Shown here one piece after another: positions 48,645 to 58,878 of a stretch of 64,000 nt of DNA (position 1 is the first letter of the stretch; the number at the start of each line of letters is the position of its first letter). Under the pieces are notes generated by a model. That model ran no database searches. It was not told the DNA's origin and saw only the letters and a list, made by a program, of their open reading frames with translations. A program made the translations under genes and the position numbers. The stretch is from Rhodocyclaceae bacterium (GTDB taxonomy: Bacteria > Pseudomonadota > Gammaproteobacteria > Burkholderiales > Rhodocyclaceae), in assembly GCA_036824005.1 (NCBI GenBank), contig DAITBA010000001.1, positions 611,431 to 675,430 of the forward strand, read 5' to 3'.

Positions 48645-48732
48645 TGCCGTCGCACACCGTGCGTGGTCGGGACCCGATACCGCGATCGGTGGTCGTCGCG
48701 ATGCGACCGAAAAGAAAGGGAGGATATCCGAG

Positions 48733-49119
48733 GTGCTATGGCGTTCGAACAAGTCGGCGTCGCATTCTGGTCGTATCGGTACGCTGATCGGGCCCGGCAC
48801 GCGTATCGATGGCAAGGTCACGTTTTCCGGCGGCATGCGGGTCGATGGCACAATCGTCGGCGCAGTCACGGATGACGGTGGGGAACCCGGTACGCTGGTC
48901 GTCGGCGCACAGGGCAGCGTGGATGGCGAAGTCCGCGTTGCCCGGATCATCCTGGATGGCCGCATCAAGGGCGAGGCGCATGCCCGCGACTTGATCGACC
49001 TGCGCAACGGTGCGCGCGTCGCCGGTGACCTTCATTATGGCAGGCTGGAAATCCACGCCGGCGCAGCCGTGGACGGGCGCCTGGTCAAGCGCAATGGCGA
49101 GACACCGGGGCCGGAGTAG
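48733..49119 (+). CDS. Bactofilin-family polymer-forming protein
   Basis: GTG start preceded by gggagga within ORF 48406..49119. Beta-helix repeats GTRIDGKVTFSGGMRVDGTIVG..GSVDGEVRVARIILDGRIKGE..GARVAGDLHYGRLEIHAGAAVDG. Confidence 0.75.
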   Translation: MLWRSNKSASHSGRIGTLIGPGTRIDGKVTFSGGMRVDGTIVGAVTDDGGEPGTLVVGAQGSVDGEVRVARIILDGRIKGEAHARDLIDLRNGARVAGDLHYGRLEIHAGAAVDGRLVKRNGETPGPE

Positions 49120-49131
49120 CGTGTATCGACC

Positions 49132-49140
49132 TGTTAGAAT
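49132..49140 (+). promoter_or_regulatory. Extended -10 candidate TGtTAGAAT upstream of the rib-nusB operon
   Basis: Same 13-mer CCTGTTAGAATTC (49130-49142), about 40 nt upstream of the ribE ATG. Confidence 0.45.
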
Positions 49141-49179
49141 TCCAACTTTTCCGCCTTCCGAACTTCTCTCGACAGGACA

Positions 49180-49800
49180 ATGTTTTCCGGGATCGTTGCC
49201 GCCACCGGCCGAATCACCCACGTCACGAGCGCCGAGCGCGGCCTGCGGCTGAGCATCGATGCCGGCAGCTTGGGACTGACCGACGTCACAATCGGCGACA
49301 GCATCGCCGTCTGTGGTGTATGTCTGACTGTGGTCGCGAAGCAGGACAACCAGTTCGAGGTTGACGTGTCACGGGAAACGCTGGAGTGCACGACCGGTCT
49401 TGATACGCCGGCGGAGGTGAATCTGGAGAAAGCACTGCAGCTTTCCGATCGCATCGGCGGCCACTTGGTCAGCGGCCACGTGGATGGCATCGGAGAGGTG
49501 ACCGGCTTCACACCTGTGGGAGAGAGCCACGAGCTTGTGGTGCTTGCGCCACACGCGCTCGCACGCTACATCGCCCGCAAGGGCTCCGTCACCGTCGACG
49601 GCGTCAGCCTGACCATCAACCGCGTCGAGGACACGAGCGGCGGCTGCGAGTTCTCCATCAATCTCATCCCGCATACGCTGGCCGCCACGACGCTGAAAAG
49701 CCTTCGGGTCGGGGCTCGCGTCAATCTCGAGATTGACCTGGTTGCCCGCTATGTCGAGCGTATGCTCGCCGCGACCACCGTCGAAGGGCGCTGCGCATGA
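49180..49800 (+). CDS. ribE: Riboflavin synthase
   Basis: MFSGIVAATGRI..GDSIAVCGVCLTV..GGHLVSGHVDG..GSVTVDGVSLT (duplicated lumazine-binding repeats). Confidence 0.92.
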   Translation: MFSGIVAATGRITHVTSAERGLRLSIDAGSLGLTDVTIGDSIAVCGVCLTVVAKQDNQFEVDVSRETLECTTGLDTPAEVNLEKALQLSDRIGGHLVSGHVDGIGEVTGFTPVGESHELVVLAPHALARYIARKGSVTVDGVSLTINRVEDTSGGCEFSINLIPHTLAATTLKSLRVGARVNLEIDLVARYVERMLAATTVEGRCA

Positions 49801-50912
49801 CGGCGCTGAGCCCGATTCAGGAAATCGTCGCCGAGCTGCGCGCCGGCCGCATGGTCGTACTGGTGGACGAGGAGGACCGGGAGAACGAAGGCGATCTGGT
49901 CCTTGCGGCCGAGTTCGTCACGGCGGAAGCGATCAACTTCATGGCCAAGCACGGCCGCGGACTAATCTGCCTGACGCTTTCCGAGGAGCGCTGCAAGCAG
50001 CTCAATCTGCCGCTCATGGTGCGCGACAATCGTTCCTCGCACAGCACGGCGTTTACCGTTTCCATCGAGGCGGCCGAAGGCGTGACCACCGGCATTTCAG
50101 CGCATGACCGTGCGCGAACCATTCAGGCGGCGGTCGCCAAGCATGCCAAACCTTGGGACATCGTCCAGCCGGGCCATATCTTTCCGCTCATGGCGCAGCG
50201 CGGCGGCGTGCTGGTGCGTGCCGGCCATACCGAGGCCGGCTGCGACTTGGCGCAACTGGCCGGTGTGGAGCCGGCGGCGGTGATCTGCGAGATCCTGAAG
50301 GACGACGGCGCAATGGCACGGCTGCCCGACCTGGTCGAGTTTGCCGCTCAGCACGGTCTTAAGATCGGCGCCATCCGCGATCTCATCCACTTCCGCAGCG
50401 CCACCGAAAAGCTGGTCGAACGTGTGGCGGAGAAGGACATCGTCTGTGCCCATGGCGCCTTCCGCCTGTGCGCCTACACCGACCAGACCAGCGGCGAGGT
50501 GCATTTGGCCCTGTCCAAGGGCGATATCCGGCCGGAGACGGAAACCCTGGTGCGGGTGCACGAGCCGATTTCCGTGTTGGACTTTCTCGATTGTGCAAGC
50601 CGCCGCCACAGCTTCAGTGTCGATCAGGCGATGCGGGTCATTGCCGCACGCGGTGCCGGTGTCATCGTGCTGCTCCACCGGGCGGAGTCCGGGCGCGATC
50701 TGCTCGGCACCATCCAGGACGACACGCCCGAGAGCCGTCCGGCGGTGAAGTGGGATCCGCGCCTGTACGGCATCGGCGCCCAGATCCTGCGCGATCTGAA
50801 CGTGGGCAAGATGCGGCTGCTCGCCTCGCCGCGCAAGATGCCGAGCATGACCGGCTTCGGGCTGGAGGTGTGCGGCTATCTCTCGCCCGACGGTACCGCC
50901 TTGCCTGGATAA
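49797..50912 (+). CDS. ribB: 3,4-dihydroxy-2-butanone-4-phosphate synthase fused to a degenerate GTP cyclohydrolase II-like domain (RibBX type)
   Basis: The N-terminal half is canonical RibB ([22 protein letters not shown]). The C-terminal half aligns with RibA, but [22 protein letters not shown] replaces the VRVHSECLTGD..CDCG zinc/catalytic motifs. Confidence 0.9.
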   Translation: MTALSPIQEIVAELRAGRMVVLVDEEDRENEGDLVLAAEFVTAEAINFMAKHGRGLICLTLSEERCKQLNLPLMVRDNRSSHSTAFTVSIEAAEGVTTGISAHDRARTIQAAVAKHAKPWDIVQPGHIFPLMAQRGGVLVRAGHTEAGCDLAQLAGVEPAAVICEILKDDGAMARLPDLVEFAAQHGLKIGAIRDLIHFRSATEKLVERVAEKDIVCAHGAFRLCAYTDQTSGEVHLALSKGDIRPETETLVRVHEPISVLDFLDCASRRHSFSVDQAMRVIAARGAGVIVLLHRAESGRDLLGTIQDDTPESRPAVKWDPRLYGIGAQILRDLNVGKMRLLASPRKMPSMTGFGLEVCGYLSPDGTALPG

Positions 50913-50925
50913 CGGACCCATTGTC

Positions 50926-51399
50926 ATGGCACGCTACGACGACATCCTCGAACTCGAAACCTCCCTTGCCGGCGCCGGGCTGCGCATCGGCATCGTCATG
51001 AGCCGCTTCAACCTGGACGTCGGCGAAGGGCTGCTGGGCGCCTGCACCGCCGCACTCTCGCGGCTGGGCGTGCGCGCGGGCGACATGATGATCACGACCG
51101 TGCCGGGTGCGCTGGAACTTCCGCTGACCCTGCAGACCATGGCCCAGAGCGGGAAGTACGATGCACTGGTGGCGCTGGGCTGCGTGGTCCGCGGCGAGAC
51201 CTATCATTTCGAGATCGTTGCCAACGAATCGGCCCGCGGCATCACCGAGGTACAACTGGAGACGGGCGTGCCCATTGCCAATGGTGTGCTGACCACGGAA
51301 GACGACGACCAGGCCTTGGCGCGCATGGAGCAGAAGGGCACCGACGCGGCCCAGGCCGCGGTGGAGATGGCGAACCTGCTGCGGCGCCTCAAGGCATGA
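50926..51399 (+). CDS. ribH: 6,7-dimethyl-8-ribityllumazine synthase
   Basis: [37 protein letters not shown]. Confidence 0.93.
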   Translation: MARYDDILELETSLAGAGLRIGIVMSRFNLDVGEGLLGACTAALSRLGVRAGDMMITTVPGALELPLTLQTMAQSGKYDALVALGCVVRGETYHFEIVANESARGITEVQLETGVPIANGVLTTEDDDQALARMEQKGTDAAQAAVEMANLLRRLKA

Positions 51400-51842
51400 A
51401 GTCGCCGCGCCGCCGCGCACGGGAGTTCGCGCTGCAGGGTCTGTATCAATGGCAGCTGGCGGGCCACGACACGGCGGCCATCGAGGCCCACATGACACAG
51501 GTGACCGGCTTTGACAAGTCGGACCCGCCATTCTTCCAGACGTTGCTGCGCGGCGTCGTCCGGGACGCTGACGCCTTGCGCGCCGAAATCGAACCCTATC
51601 TGGACCGGCCCTTCGGCGAGCTGTCGCCGGTGGAACGCGCCATTCTGCTGCTGGCGGCCTTCGAGCTCGCGACCCAGATCGACACACCCTATCGCGTCGT
51701 ACTCAACGAAGCTGTCGAATTGGCGAAAGACTACGGTGGCACCGACGGCTACAAGTATGTCAATGGTGTGCTGGACAAGCTGGCTCCGAAGCTGCGGCCC
51801 GGCGAGGTGGGCGAGGACGGTCCAGCGCGCCGGCGCGGATGA
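51396..51842 (+). CDS. nusB: Transcription antitermination factor NusB
   Basis: [27 protein letters not shown] pattern ([15 protein letters not shown]). 4-nt overlap with ribH. Confidence 0.92.
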   Translation: MKSPRRRAREFALQGLYQWQLAGHDTAAIEAHMTQVTGFDKSDPPFFQTLLRGVVRDADALRAEIEPYLDRPFGELSPVERAILLLAAFELATQIDTPYRVVLNEAVELAKDYGGTDGYKYVNGVLDKLAPKLRPGEVGEDGPARRRG

Positions 51843-51922
51843 CCGGCATGCGCCTGCGGCAACAAGGCGGCACGGGAAACTAGATCGTACGGCACAATTG
51901 CCCCCGTCCGCCTGCCACCTCC

Positions 51923-52885
51923 ATGCCATCCGAATTCGAACTGATCCGTCGCTACTTCACGCGCCCGACCGCGCACACGATCCTTGCCGTCGGCGATGAC
52001 GGCGCCGTGGTCCGGCCGCGCCCCGGCATGGACCTGGTCATATCCACCGACATGATGGTGGAAGGGACCCATTTTTTCCCTTCGATGGACCCAACCGATC
52101 TGGGCTGGAAGGCACTCGCTGTGAACCTTTCCGATCTGGCGGCGATGGGCGCCGAGCCGCGCTGGGCGCTACTCGCTGCCGCGCTGCCGCAGGCCGACGA
52201 AGACTGGCTCAGCGCCTTCGCCGACGGTTTCTTTTCCTGCGCCGCGCACCACGGCGTGGACGTGATCGGCGGCGACACGACGCGCGGTCCCCTTAATCTG
52301 GCGCCGACGGTATTCGGTGAAGTGCCTGCGGATCAGGCACTTACCCGGCGCGGGGCATGCGCGGGCGACGACGTCTGGGTGTCCGGCGCGCCGGGGCGTG
52401 CGGCGCTGGGACTGGCTCATCTCCGGGGTCGTGTCGCCCTGAGCGAGCCGGCGCGAGCGACATGCCTCGCCGCGCTGCACCGTCCGCAGCCCCGCGTCGA
52501 ACTGGGCATGGCGCTGCGCGGGGTGGCGTCGGCGGCGATCGATGTCTCGGACGGCCTGCTCGCCGATCTGGGGCACATCCTTGAATCCTCCGGCTGTGCG
52601 GCCCGACTGGACGAGCCGCTACTGCCGCGATCGCCGGAGCTGTCCGCCTGCGAGGACCGAGCGCTGGCTTGGTCTTGCCTGACCGCAGGCGGCGACGACT
52701 ACGAGCTGGTATTCACGGCGCCGGCCGCGCGCGCGGCGGAGCTGGCCGTGCTGAGCCGCGAACTCGGCCTGCCCCTGACCCGCATCGGCAGCGCTCGTGC
52801 CGGCACGCCGGGTTCGATCCAAGTGCTGGATGGCCGCGGCAAAACCATTCCCTTGGTCGCCCGCGGCTACGACCACTTTGCCTGA
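51923..52885 (+). CDS. thiL: Thiamine-monophosphate kinase
   Basis: MPSEFELIRRYF..GDDGAVV..DMMVEGTHF..LAVNLSDLAAMGA..GGDTT. Confidence 0.9.
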   Translation: MPSEFELIRRYFTRPTAHTILAVGDDGAVVRPRPGMDLVISTDMMVEGTHFFPSMDPTDLGWKALAVNLSDLAAMGAEPRWALLAAALPQADEDWLSAFADGFFSCAAHHGVDVIGGDTTRGPLNLAPTVFGEVPADQALTRRGACAGDDVWVSGAPGRAALGLAHLRGRVALSEPARATCLAALHRPQPRVELGMALRGVASAAIDVSDGLLADLGHILESSGCAARLDEPLLPRSPELSACEDRALAWSCLTAGGDDYELVFTAPAARAAELAVLSRELGLPLTRIGSARAGTPGSIQVLDGRGKTIPLVARGYDHFA

Positions 52886-52886
52886 C

Positions 52887-53372
52887 ATGGTCACCCATCC
52901 GGATTTCCGTTTCCTGCTTGCACACCCGGCTCACTTTCTCGCCTGCGGCATGGGATCTGGCCTTTCCCCCATCGTTCCGGGAACGGCGGGGACGCTCTTC
53001 GGCTGGCTGCTTTACGCCCTGATCCGGCCGCAGTTCTCCGAGGCGGGATTCGCGATTCTGCTGACCGCGGGGTTCGTCCTCGGCGTATTCGCGTGCGAGC
53101 GCACCGGTCGGGCACTGGGCGCGGCAGACCACGGCGCCATCGTCTGGGACGAGATCGTGCCGTTTTGGCTCGTGCTGCTATTTACCCCCGCCGGGTGGCG
53201 TTGGCAGCTGACAGCGTTTGTCCTGTTTCGCATCTTCGATATCGTCAAGCCCCATCCCGCACGCTGGATTGACAACCACGTCAAGAACGGTCTCGGCGTC
53301 ATGCTCGACGATTTGGTCGCGGCGCTCTACACGCTCGTGGCGCTTGCGCTGCTCAAGCGACTGCTCGCCTGA
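52887..53372 (+). CDS. pgpA: Phosphatidylglycerophosphatase A
   Basis: Internal Met of ORF 52797..53372: MVTHPDFRFLLAHPAHFLACGMGSGLSPIVPGTAGTL..DHGAIVWDEIV..FRIFDIVKP. Confidence 0.88.
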   Translation: MVTHPDFRFLLAHPAHFLACGMGSGLSPIVPGTAGTLFGWLLYALIRPQFSEAGFAILLTAGFVLGVFACERTGRALGAADHGAIVWDEIVPFWLVLLFTPAGWRWQLTAFVLFRIFDIVKPHPARWIDNHVKNGLGVMLDDLVAALYTLVALALLKRLLA

Positions 53373-53378
53373 CCGCCG

Positions 53379-53873
53379 ATGGACCGCGAACTCGAAGTTC
53401 TGTCCCACGCGGTGGGCGCGGCGCTCAAGGATTTGGGGTTAGTGCTTACTACCGCTGAATCATGTACGGGTGGGTGGATCGCTCAGGTTGTAACGTCCAC
53501 GGCTGGCAGCTCCGATTGGTTCGAACGCGGCTTCGTCACCTATTCCAATGCCGCAAAACAAGAACTGCTGGGTGTGCGCGCGGAGACCCTGCGGACTTGT
53601 GGTGCCGTAAGCGAGGAAACCGCAGGCGAGATGGTGCTGGGTGCGATTGCCCGAAGTCATGCCGAAGTGGCGCTGGCGGTGACCGGCATCGCGGGGCCGG
53701 GCGGCGGATCTGCAGATAAGCCGGTCGGCATGGTCTGCTTCGCCTGGTGCCGGCGGGGCGACCCCGCGCACGTGAGCACCGCGCGGTTTCAGGGCGACCG
53801 GGAAGCGGTACGTCGCAAAGCAGTCATCCACGCGTTGGAAGGAGTACTGCACATGCTCGCGAGATCCGGGTAA
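53379..53873 (+). CDS. pncC: Nicotinamide-nucleotide amidohydrolase (CinA C-terminal domain, PncC)
   Basis: LTTAESCTGGWIAQVVTSTAGSSDWFERGFVTYSNAAK..TGIAGPGGGS. Confidence 0.88.
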   Translation: MDRELEVLSHAVGAALKDLGLVLTTAESCTGGWIAQVVTSTAGSSDWFERGFVTYSNAAKQELLGVRAETLRTCGAVSEETAGEMVLGAIARSHAEVALAVTGIAGPGGGSADKPVGMVCFAWCRRGDPAHVSTARFQGDREAVRRKAVIHALEGVLHMLARSG

Positions 53874-53966
53874 GCGAGTACTGACATCGCCCATCCGTGA
53901 CGCGATTTGGCGCAACAATCGGTGCCCCGGCGCGGGACTTGTTCGCGCCCTTGGTGGCAAATACTG

Positions 53967-53975
53967 TGCCATAAT
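53967..53975 (+). promoter_or_regulatory. Extended -10 candidate (TGcCATAAT) upstream of recA
   Basis: About 30 nt upstream of the recA ATG. No convincing CTGT-N8-ACAG SOS box overlaps it. Confidence 0.3.
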
Positions 53976-54004
53976 TTCTTTGAACTCTTTCAGGGAAAAC
54001 GGTA

Positions 54005-55024
54005 ATGGATGACAACAAGGGCAAAGCGCTTCAGGCGGCCTTGCAGCAAATAGAAAAGCAGTTCGGTAAAGGCTCGATCATGCGTCTGGGCGACGGGGAG
54101 GTCGAACATGATCTGCAGGTCGTTTCCACCGGCTCGCTCGGGTTAGACATCGCGCTGGGCGTCGGTGGCCTGCCCCGCGGCCGCGTCGTGGAAATCTACG
54201 GTCCAGAATCCTCAGGCAAGACTACCCTGACGCTGCAAGCCATTGCCGAGGCGCAGAAGCTCGGTGGAACGGCTGCGTTTATCGACGCCGAGCATGCCCT
54301 CGATCCCCAGTACGCAGCGAAGCTCGGGGTGAACGTCGGCGATTTGTTGATCTCCCAACCGGACACAGGCGAACAGGCGCTGGAAATCGCCGATATGCTC
54401 GTGCGTTCGGGCGGAATCGACATGGTCGTCATCGACTCCGTTGCGGCACTGGTGCCGAAGGCGGAGATCGAGGGTGAAATGGGCGACCAGTTGCCCGGCC
54501 TTCAGGCGCGGCTGATGTCCCAGGCACTGCGCAAGCTCACTGCCAACATCAAACGCACCAATACCTTGGTGATCTTCATCAACCAAATCCGGATGAAGAT
54601 CGGCGTCATGTTTGGCAATCCTGAAACCACCACTGGTGGCAATGCGCTCAAGTTCTATGCCTCGGTTCGGCTCGACATTCGCCGTATCGGTTCGATCAAG
54701 AAGGGCGAGGAGGTGATCGGGTCCGAGACCAAGGTCAAGGTTGTCAAGAACAAGGTCGCGCCGCCGTTCAAGCAGGCGGAGTTCGATATCCTCTATGGCG
54801 AAGGCATCTCGCGCGAGGGCGAGATCATCGAGCTCGGCGTGACGCATCGCATCGTCGACAAATCCGGCGCATGGTACGCCTATGGCGGCGAGCGCATCGG
54901 GCAGGGCAAGGACAACGCGCGCGAGTATCTGAAGGCTCATCCGGAAGTGGCTCGGGAGATCGAGAACAAGATCCGCGCTGCCTTGGGCGTTTCGGCGCCG
55001 CGGCCGGTTGCGGCGGAGGCGTGA
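54005..55024 (+). CDS. recA: Recombinase RecA
   Basis: [74 protein letters not shown]. Confidence 0.98.
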   Translation: MDDNKGKALQAALQQIEKQFGKGSIMRLGDGEVEHDLQVVSTGSLGLDIALGVGGLPRGRVVEIYGPESSGKTTLTLQAIAEAQKLGGTAAFIDAEHALDPQYAAKLGVNVGDLLISQPDTGEQALEIADMLVRSGGIDMVVIDSVAALVPKAEIEGEMGDQLPGLQARLMSQALRKLTANIKRTNTLVIFINQIRMKIGVMFGNPETTTGGNALKFYASVRLDIRRIGSIKKGEEVIGSETKVKVVKNKVAPPFKQAEFDILYGEGISREGEIIELGVTHRIVDKSGAWYAYGGERIGQGKDNAREYLKAHPEVAREIENKIRAALGVSAPRPVAAEA

Positions 55025-55478
55025 CATCGTCGGTGCACCGAGCCTGCGTGAGCGGGCGTTGAGATTGCTGGCGCGGCGGGACCACTCCCGCCTGGAGCTG
55101 ACACAAAAACTCGCCCGTCACGGCGAAGCAGAAGAAATAGACGCTGTGCTCACCCACTTGGAGGATGCGGGCTTGTTGTCCGATGTGCGTTACGCCGAAA
55201 GCTTCGTGCGCGCGCGGGCGCAGCGTTTCGGTGTGATCAGGCTGCGGCATGAGTTGCGGCGCAAGGGAATCGCGGAAGAGTTGATCGACGCTGCGATCGC
55301 CGGGGAGAACGATGGAAATGAAAACGGCGAGTTCGAACGGGCACGCGCCATCTGGCGGCGCAAGTTCGCGTCGCCACCGGTCGACGCGCGGGACTATGGG
55401 CGGCAGGCGCGCTTCCTCCAGAGTCGCGGCTTCCGCGCGGATATCGTGCGCCGCATCCTTGCCGCGGGTGACGAATAG
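55008..55478 (+). CDS. recX: Recombination regulator RecX
   Basis: 156 aa: [28 protein letters not shown].. with three helical repeats. 17-nt overlap with recA; exact start uncertain. Confidence 0.85.
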   Translation: MRRRRDIVGAPSLRERALRLLARRDHSRLELTQKLARHGEAEEIDAVLTHLEDAGLLSDVRYAESFVRARAQRFGVIRLRHELRRKGIAEELIDAAIAGENDGNENGEFERARAIWRRKFASPPVDARDYGRQARFLQSRGFRADIVRRILAAGDE

Positions 55479-55485
55479 AACGCCG

Positions 55486-56208
55486 ATGAGCCTGCTCAAG
55501 GTTACCGCCCTGCGCAAGCGCTTCAAAGCGCGCACCGTCGTCAAGGATGTCTCCTTCGAGGTGGGCAGCGGCGAGGTCGTCGGCCTGCTCGGCCCGAACG
55601 GCGCCGGTAAGACGACGTGCTTTTACATGATTGTCGGACTGATCGCCGCGGATGGCGGCGAGATCATGCTCGATGAAGCCGCGCTGACGCACTTGCCCAT
55701 TCACAGGCGCGCCCGTCTGGGAGTTTCCTACCTGCCCCAGGAAATGTCGGTGTTTCGCAAGCTAAACGTGGCGGAGAACATCCAGGCAATCCTCGAACTC
55801 CAGGATTTGAATCCGCCGCAAATTGCAGCACGGCTCGATGAATTGCTGCAGGAGCTACATATCACACACCTGCGGGACAACACGGCTATTTCTTTATCCG
55901 GAGGCGAGCGTCGGCGGGTAGAGATTGCCCGGGCGCTTGCCACCAGTCCGCGCTTCATCCTGCTCGACGAACCTTTCGCCGGTGTCGATCCAATCGCCGT
56001 GCTGGATATCCAGAAGATCATCCGCTTCCTCAAGGAGAGGGGGATCGGCGTACTGATTACCGACCACAATGTCCGGGAAACCCTGGGCATCTGCGACCGG
56101 GCCTACATCATCAATGAGGGTGAGGTCATGGCGGCTGGTCGCCCGGAGGAAATTGTTTATAATGACCGCGTCCGCCAAGTATATCTCGGCGAGCACTTCC
56201 GCCTGTGA
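55486..56208 (+). CDS. lptB: LPS export ABC transporter ATP-binding protein LptB
   Basis: Internal Met of ORF 55312..56208: [67 protein letters not shown]. Immediately upstream of rpoN. Confidence 0.93.
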   Translation: MSLLKVTALRKRFKARTVVKDVSFEVGSGEVVGLLGPNGAGKTTCFYMIVGLIAADGGEIMLDEAALTHLPIHRRARLGVSYLPQEMSVFRKLNVAENIQAILELQDLNPPQIAARLDELLQELHITHLRDNTAISLSGGERRRVEIARALATSPRFILLDEPFAGVDPIAVLDIQKIIRFLKERGIGVLITDHNVRETLGICDRAYIINEGEVMAAGRPEEIVYNDRVRQVYLGEHFRL

Positions 56209-56397
56209 TCCTGCCAGCAGGCCCGTGCAAAACGTTGCCAGGACGACCGGCCGCAAGGCCGCAGCGAGCCAAAATGCGAGACAGTACAGGGAAGTACGGC
56301 GAGCATTGCGGCGCACGACACCGTCGCATACGTACTCCGCAGTAGTCTTGCAACGACCCGTCAGCCGCCGGCTTCGGATGGCAACCCGCCCAGCAGC

Positions 56398-57834
56398 ATG
56401 AAACAAACGCTTCAGCTCAAGCTCTCCCAGCATCTGGCGCTCACGCCCCAATTGCAGCAGTCGATTCGCCTGCTGCAACTGTCTACCATGGAACTCAATC
56501 AGGAGATCGAGAAGTTCCTGTTGGAAAACCCCCTGCTGGAACGCGAAGACCTCGAAGCCGAATCCCCGGCCTACGTTCCGGGGGCCGACACGCTGGGTAC
56601 GGCAACCCAAGAGGTACCCACTCCGGAACCGGAGCCGAGTTTCGACGAATCCGCCGCCGCGCCGGATTGGGTGGGGGAGGCGGGGACAAGCGGTGCGCCG
56701 CGCAGCGACGACGATGATACGGATTACCAGGAGATCCAGGCCTCGTCGACCAGTCTGCGCGATCACCTGAACAGCCAGCTGGCGCTGACGCCGCTGTCCG
56801 AGCGTGACCGGGGACTGGTGCGCTTCCTGATCGAAGCGCTCGACGACGACGGCTATCTCACCCAGAGCCTTGACGAGCTTGTTCAACTACTGCCGCCCGA
56901 GCTGGAAATCGATGTAGAGGAATTGCAGATTGCCCTCAAACACTTGCAGAACCTGGATCCCCAAGGCGTTGGTGCGCGCTCACCCCAGGAATGCTTGTCA
57001 CTGCAACTTCAGAACCTGCCCAAGTACCGCGAACGCGAGCTTGCCTTGGAGATCGTCCGTCACTACCTGCCCCAACTCGCCGCCCGCGATTTTGCGCGCC
57101 TGAAACGGGCGCTTTCCTGCAGCGACGAGGAGTTGCGCGATGCCCACGCCTTGATCAAGTCCTTGAATCCCCGGCCGGGCGCGCCGTTTGCGCCGCTGGA
57201 CACGCGCTATGTCGTTCCCGATGTCGTGGTCAGAAGAGTACGCGGCACGTGGATCGCAGCCCTCAATCCTGATGCGATGCCCAAGCTGCGCATCAACCGG
57301 CTTTACGCCGACATACTGCAGAGCCAGCGAGGCAGCGCTAGCACTGCCAACGGCAGTCTTGCCTCACAATTGCAGGAAGCAAAGTGGTTGATCAAGAACG
57401 TCCAGCAGCGCTTCGAGACGATCTTGCGGGTGTCCCAGACCATCGTCGACCGCCAGCGCCAGTTTTTCGAGTACGGCGAAGTGGCCATGCGGCCGCTGAC
57501 ACTGCGTGAAATCGCCGAGCAACTGGGATTGCATGAGTCCACGATCTCGCGCGTGACGACGCAGAAATACATGGCGACGCCGCGCGGTATCTTCGAACTG
57601 AAGTACTTCTTTGGCAGCCATGTTGCCACGGAAGCCGGCGGCGCCTGCTCGGCCACCGCGATTCGTGCCCTGATAAGGCAGCTGGTGGGTGCGGAGGACG
57701 GCCGCAAGCCGCTGTCCGATTCCCGGATTGCCGAAATCCTCGGGCAACAGGGCATTGTCGTCGCCCGCCGGACCATCGCGAAATACCGCGAATCGCTCAA
57801 TATCCCGCCCGTCAACCTGCGCAAGTCCATCTAA
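56398..57834 (+). CDS. rpoN: RNA polymerase sigma-54 factor
   Basis: MKQTLQLKLSQHLALTPQLQQSIRLLQLST.. and a C-terminal RpoN box ARRTIAKYRESLNIP. Confidence 0.96.
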   Translation: MKQTLQLKLSQHLALTPQLQQSIRLLQLSTMELNQEIEKFLLENPLLEREDLEAESPAYVPGADTLGTATQEVPTPEPEPSFDESAAAPDWVGEAGTSGAPRSDDDDTDYQEIQASSTSLRDHLNSQLALTPLSERDRGLVRFLIEALDDDGYLTQSLDELVQLLPPELEIDVEELQIALKHLQNLDPQGVGARSPQECLSLQLQNLPKYRERELALEIVRHYLPQLAARDFARLKRALSCSDEELRDAHALIKSLNPRPGAPFAPLDTRYVVPDVVVRRVRGTWIAALNPDAMPKLRINRLYADILQSQRGSASTANGSLASQLQEAKWLIKNVQQRFETILRVSQTIVDRQRQFFEYGEVAMRPLTLREIAEQLGLHESTISRVTTQKYMATPRGIFELKYFFGSHVATEAGGACSATAIRALIRQLVGAEDGRKPLSDSRIAEILGQQGIVVARRTIAKYRESLNIPPVNLRKSI

Positions 57835-57847
57835 TAAAGGAGGAACC

Positions 57848-58168
57848 ATGAACCTCAACATCACCGGGCACCACCTCGAAGTCACACCGGCCATTCGCGA
57901 CTACATCACGTCCAAGCTTGACCGCGCGATCCGGCACTTTGACCACGTGACCAGTGTGAATGTCATTATTGCGGTGGAGAAGCTGAAGCAGAAGGCCGAG
58001 GTTACGGTGCATGTCCGCGGCAAGGACATTTTCGTCGAAAGCGAGGACAGTGACATGTATGCCGCAATCGATTCGCTGATCGACAAGTTGGACCGGCAGC
58101 TGCTGAAGCACAAACAGCGTGTCACCGAACGGCCCCGTGATGCGTTGAAACACCAGTCGGCCGAGTAG
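57848..58168 (+). CDS. hpf: Ribosome hibernation-promoting factor (short HPF/YhbH type)
   Basis: Internal Met of ORF 57689..58168, preceded by aaggagg: MNLNITGHHLEVTPAIRDYITSKL..DMYAAIDSLIDKLDRQL. Confidence 0.92.
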   Translation: MNLNITGHHLEVTPAIRDYITSKLDRAIRHFDHVTSVNVIIAVEKLKQKAEVTVHVRGKDIFVESEDSDMYAAIDSLIDKLDRQLLKHKQRVTERPRDALKHQSAE

Positions 58169-58392
58169 CGGCTGTATCCTGCCGGCAGCTTGGACATGGC
58201 GATTGACTATCCGTATGCGTTACCGTGGCGGATTCGACCGAGGGCTGGATTGACAACTATTAACGCCCCCGGGATTTGCTTTAGGCGTATAATCGCCGCC
58301 GATTTGTCAATCGCCGTTCACTGTTTTCCGAACGGTCCGTCTGTCAGCCTGAGGATCCGCTTGCATCGCTTTTCACGGTGCCAAGCCGAAGC

Positions 58393-58878
58393 ATGAATCT
58401 GATCGCCAAGCTTCTACCGCCCGCGAACATCGTCGTCGACCTCGAAGCCAGCAGCAAGAAGCGGGTCTTCGAGCAAGCGGGATTGATGTTCGAGAATAAC
58501 CAGGCCATTGCCCGCAGCCTGGTATTCGACAGCTTGTTTGCCCGGGAACGACTCGGTTCGACGGGGCTCGGTCAGGGCGTCGCCATTCCTCACGGCCGTA
58601 TCAAGGGCTTGCGCGAGGCGGTGGGCGGTTTTCTGCGGTTGGCGACGCCTGTGCAGTTCGATGCGCCGGATGGACGGCCCGTGAACCTGTTGTTTGTACT
58701 GCTAGTGCCGGAGCAGGCGACCGAGCATCACCTGCAGATTCTCTCCGAACTGGCGCAGATGTTCAGCGACAAGTCATTCCGGGAGCAGCTCGCCAACGCC
58801 GCCGACGCCGCCGCGATTCACACGTTGTTCGTCGATTGGCAACCTCATGCGCCAAACGAGCGTCGCGCGGCTATTTGA
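58393..58878 (+). CDS. ptsN: PTS-Ntr EIIA (nitrogen regulatory protein PtsN)
   Basis: MNLIAKLLPPANIVVDLEASSKKRVFEQ..GLGQGVAIPHGRI (phospho-His motif). Confidence 0.9.
   Translation: MNLIAKLLPPANIVVDLEASSKKRVFEQAGLMFENNQAIARSLVFDSLFARERLGSTGLGQGVAIPHGRIKGLREAVGGFLRLATPVQFDAPDGRPVNLLFVLLVPEQATEHHLQILSELAQMFSDKSFREQLANAADAAAIHTLFVDWQPHAPNERRAAI

Noticed and set aside
49120-49179. FMN (RFN) riboswitch ahead of the riboflavin operon
   Set aside because: The leader is only about 60 nt, too short for the roughly 140-nt RFN element, and shows no conserved RFN helices.
52811-52830. GGTTCGATCC-like strings (also near 53520 and 54690) as possible tRNA T-arms
   Set aside because: All lie inside well-supported coding frames (thiL, pncC, recA), and no cloverleaf can be built around them.
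53940-54004. SOS (LexA) box upstream of recA
   Set aside because: A TACTGT half-site is present (53962-53967), but no ACAG partner lies at the N8 spacing and there is no palindrome. I cannot support a LexA operator from sequence alone.
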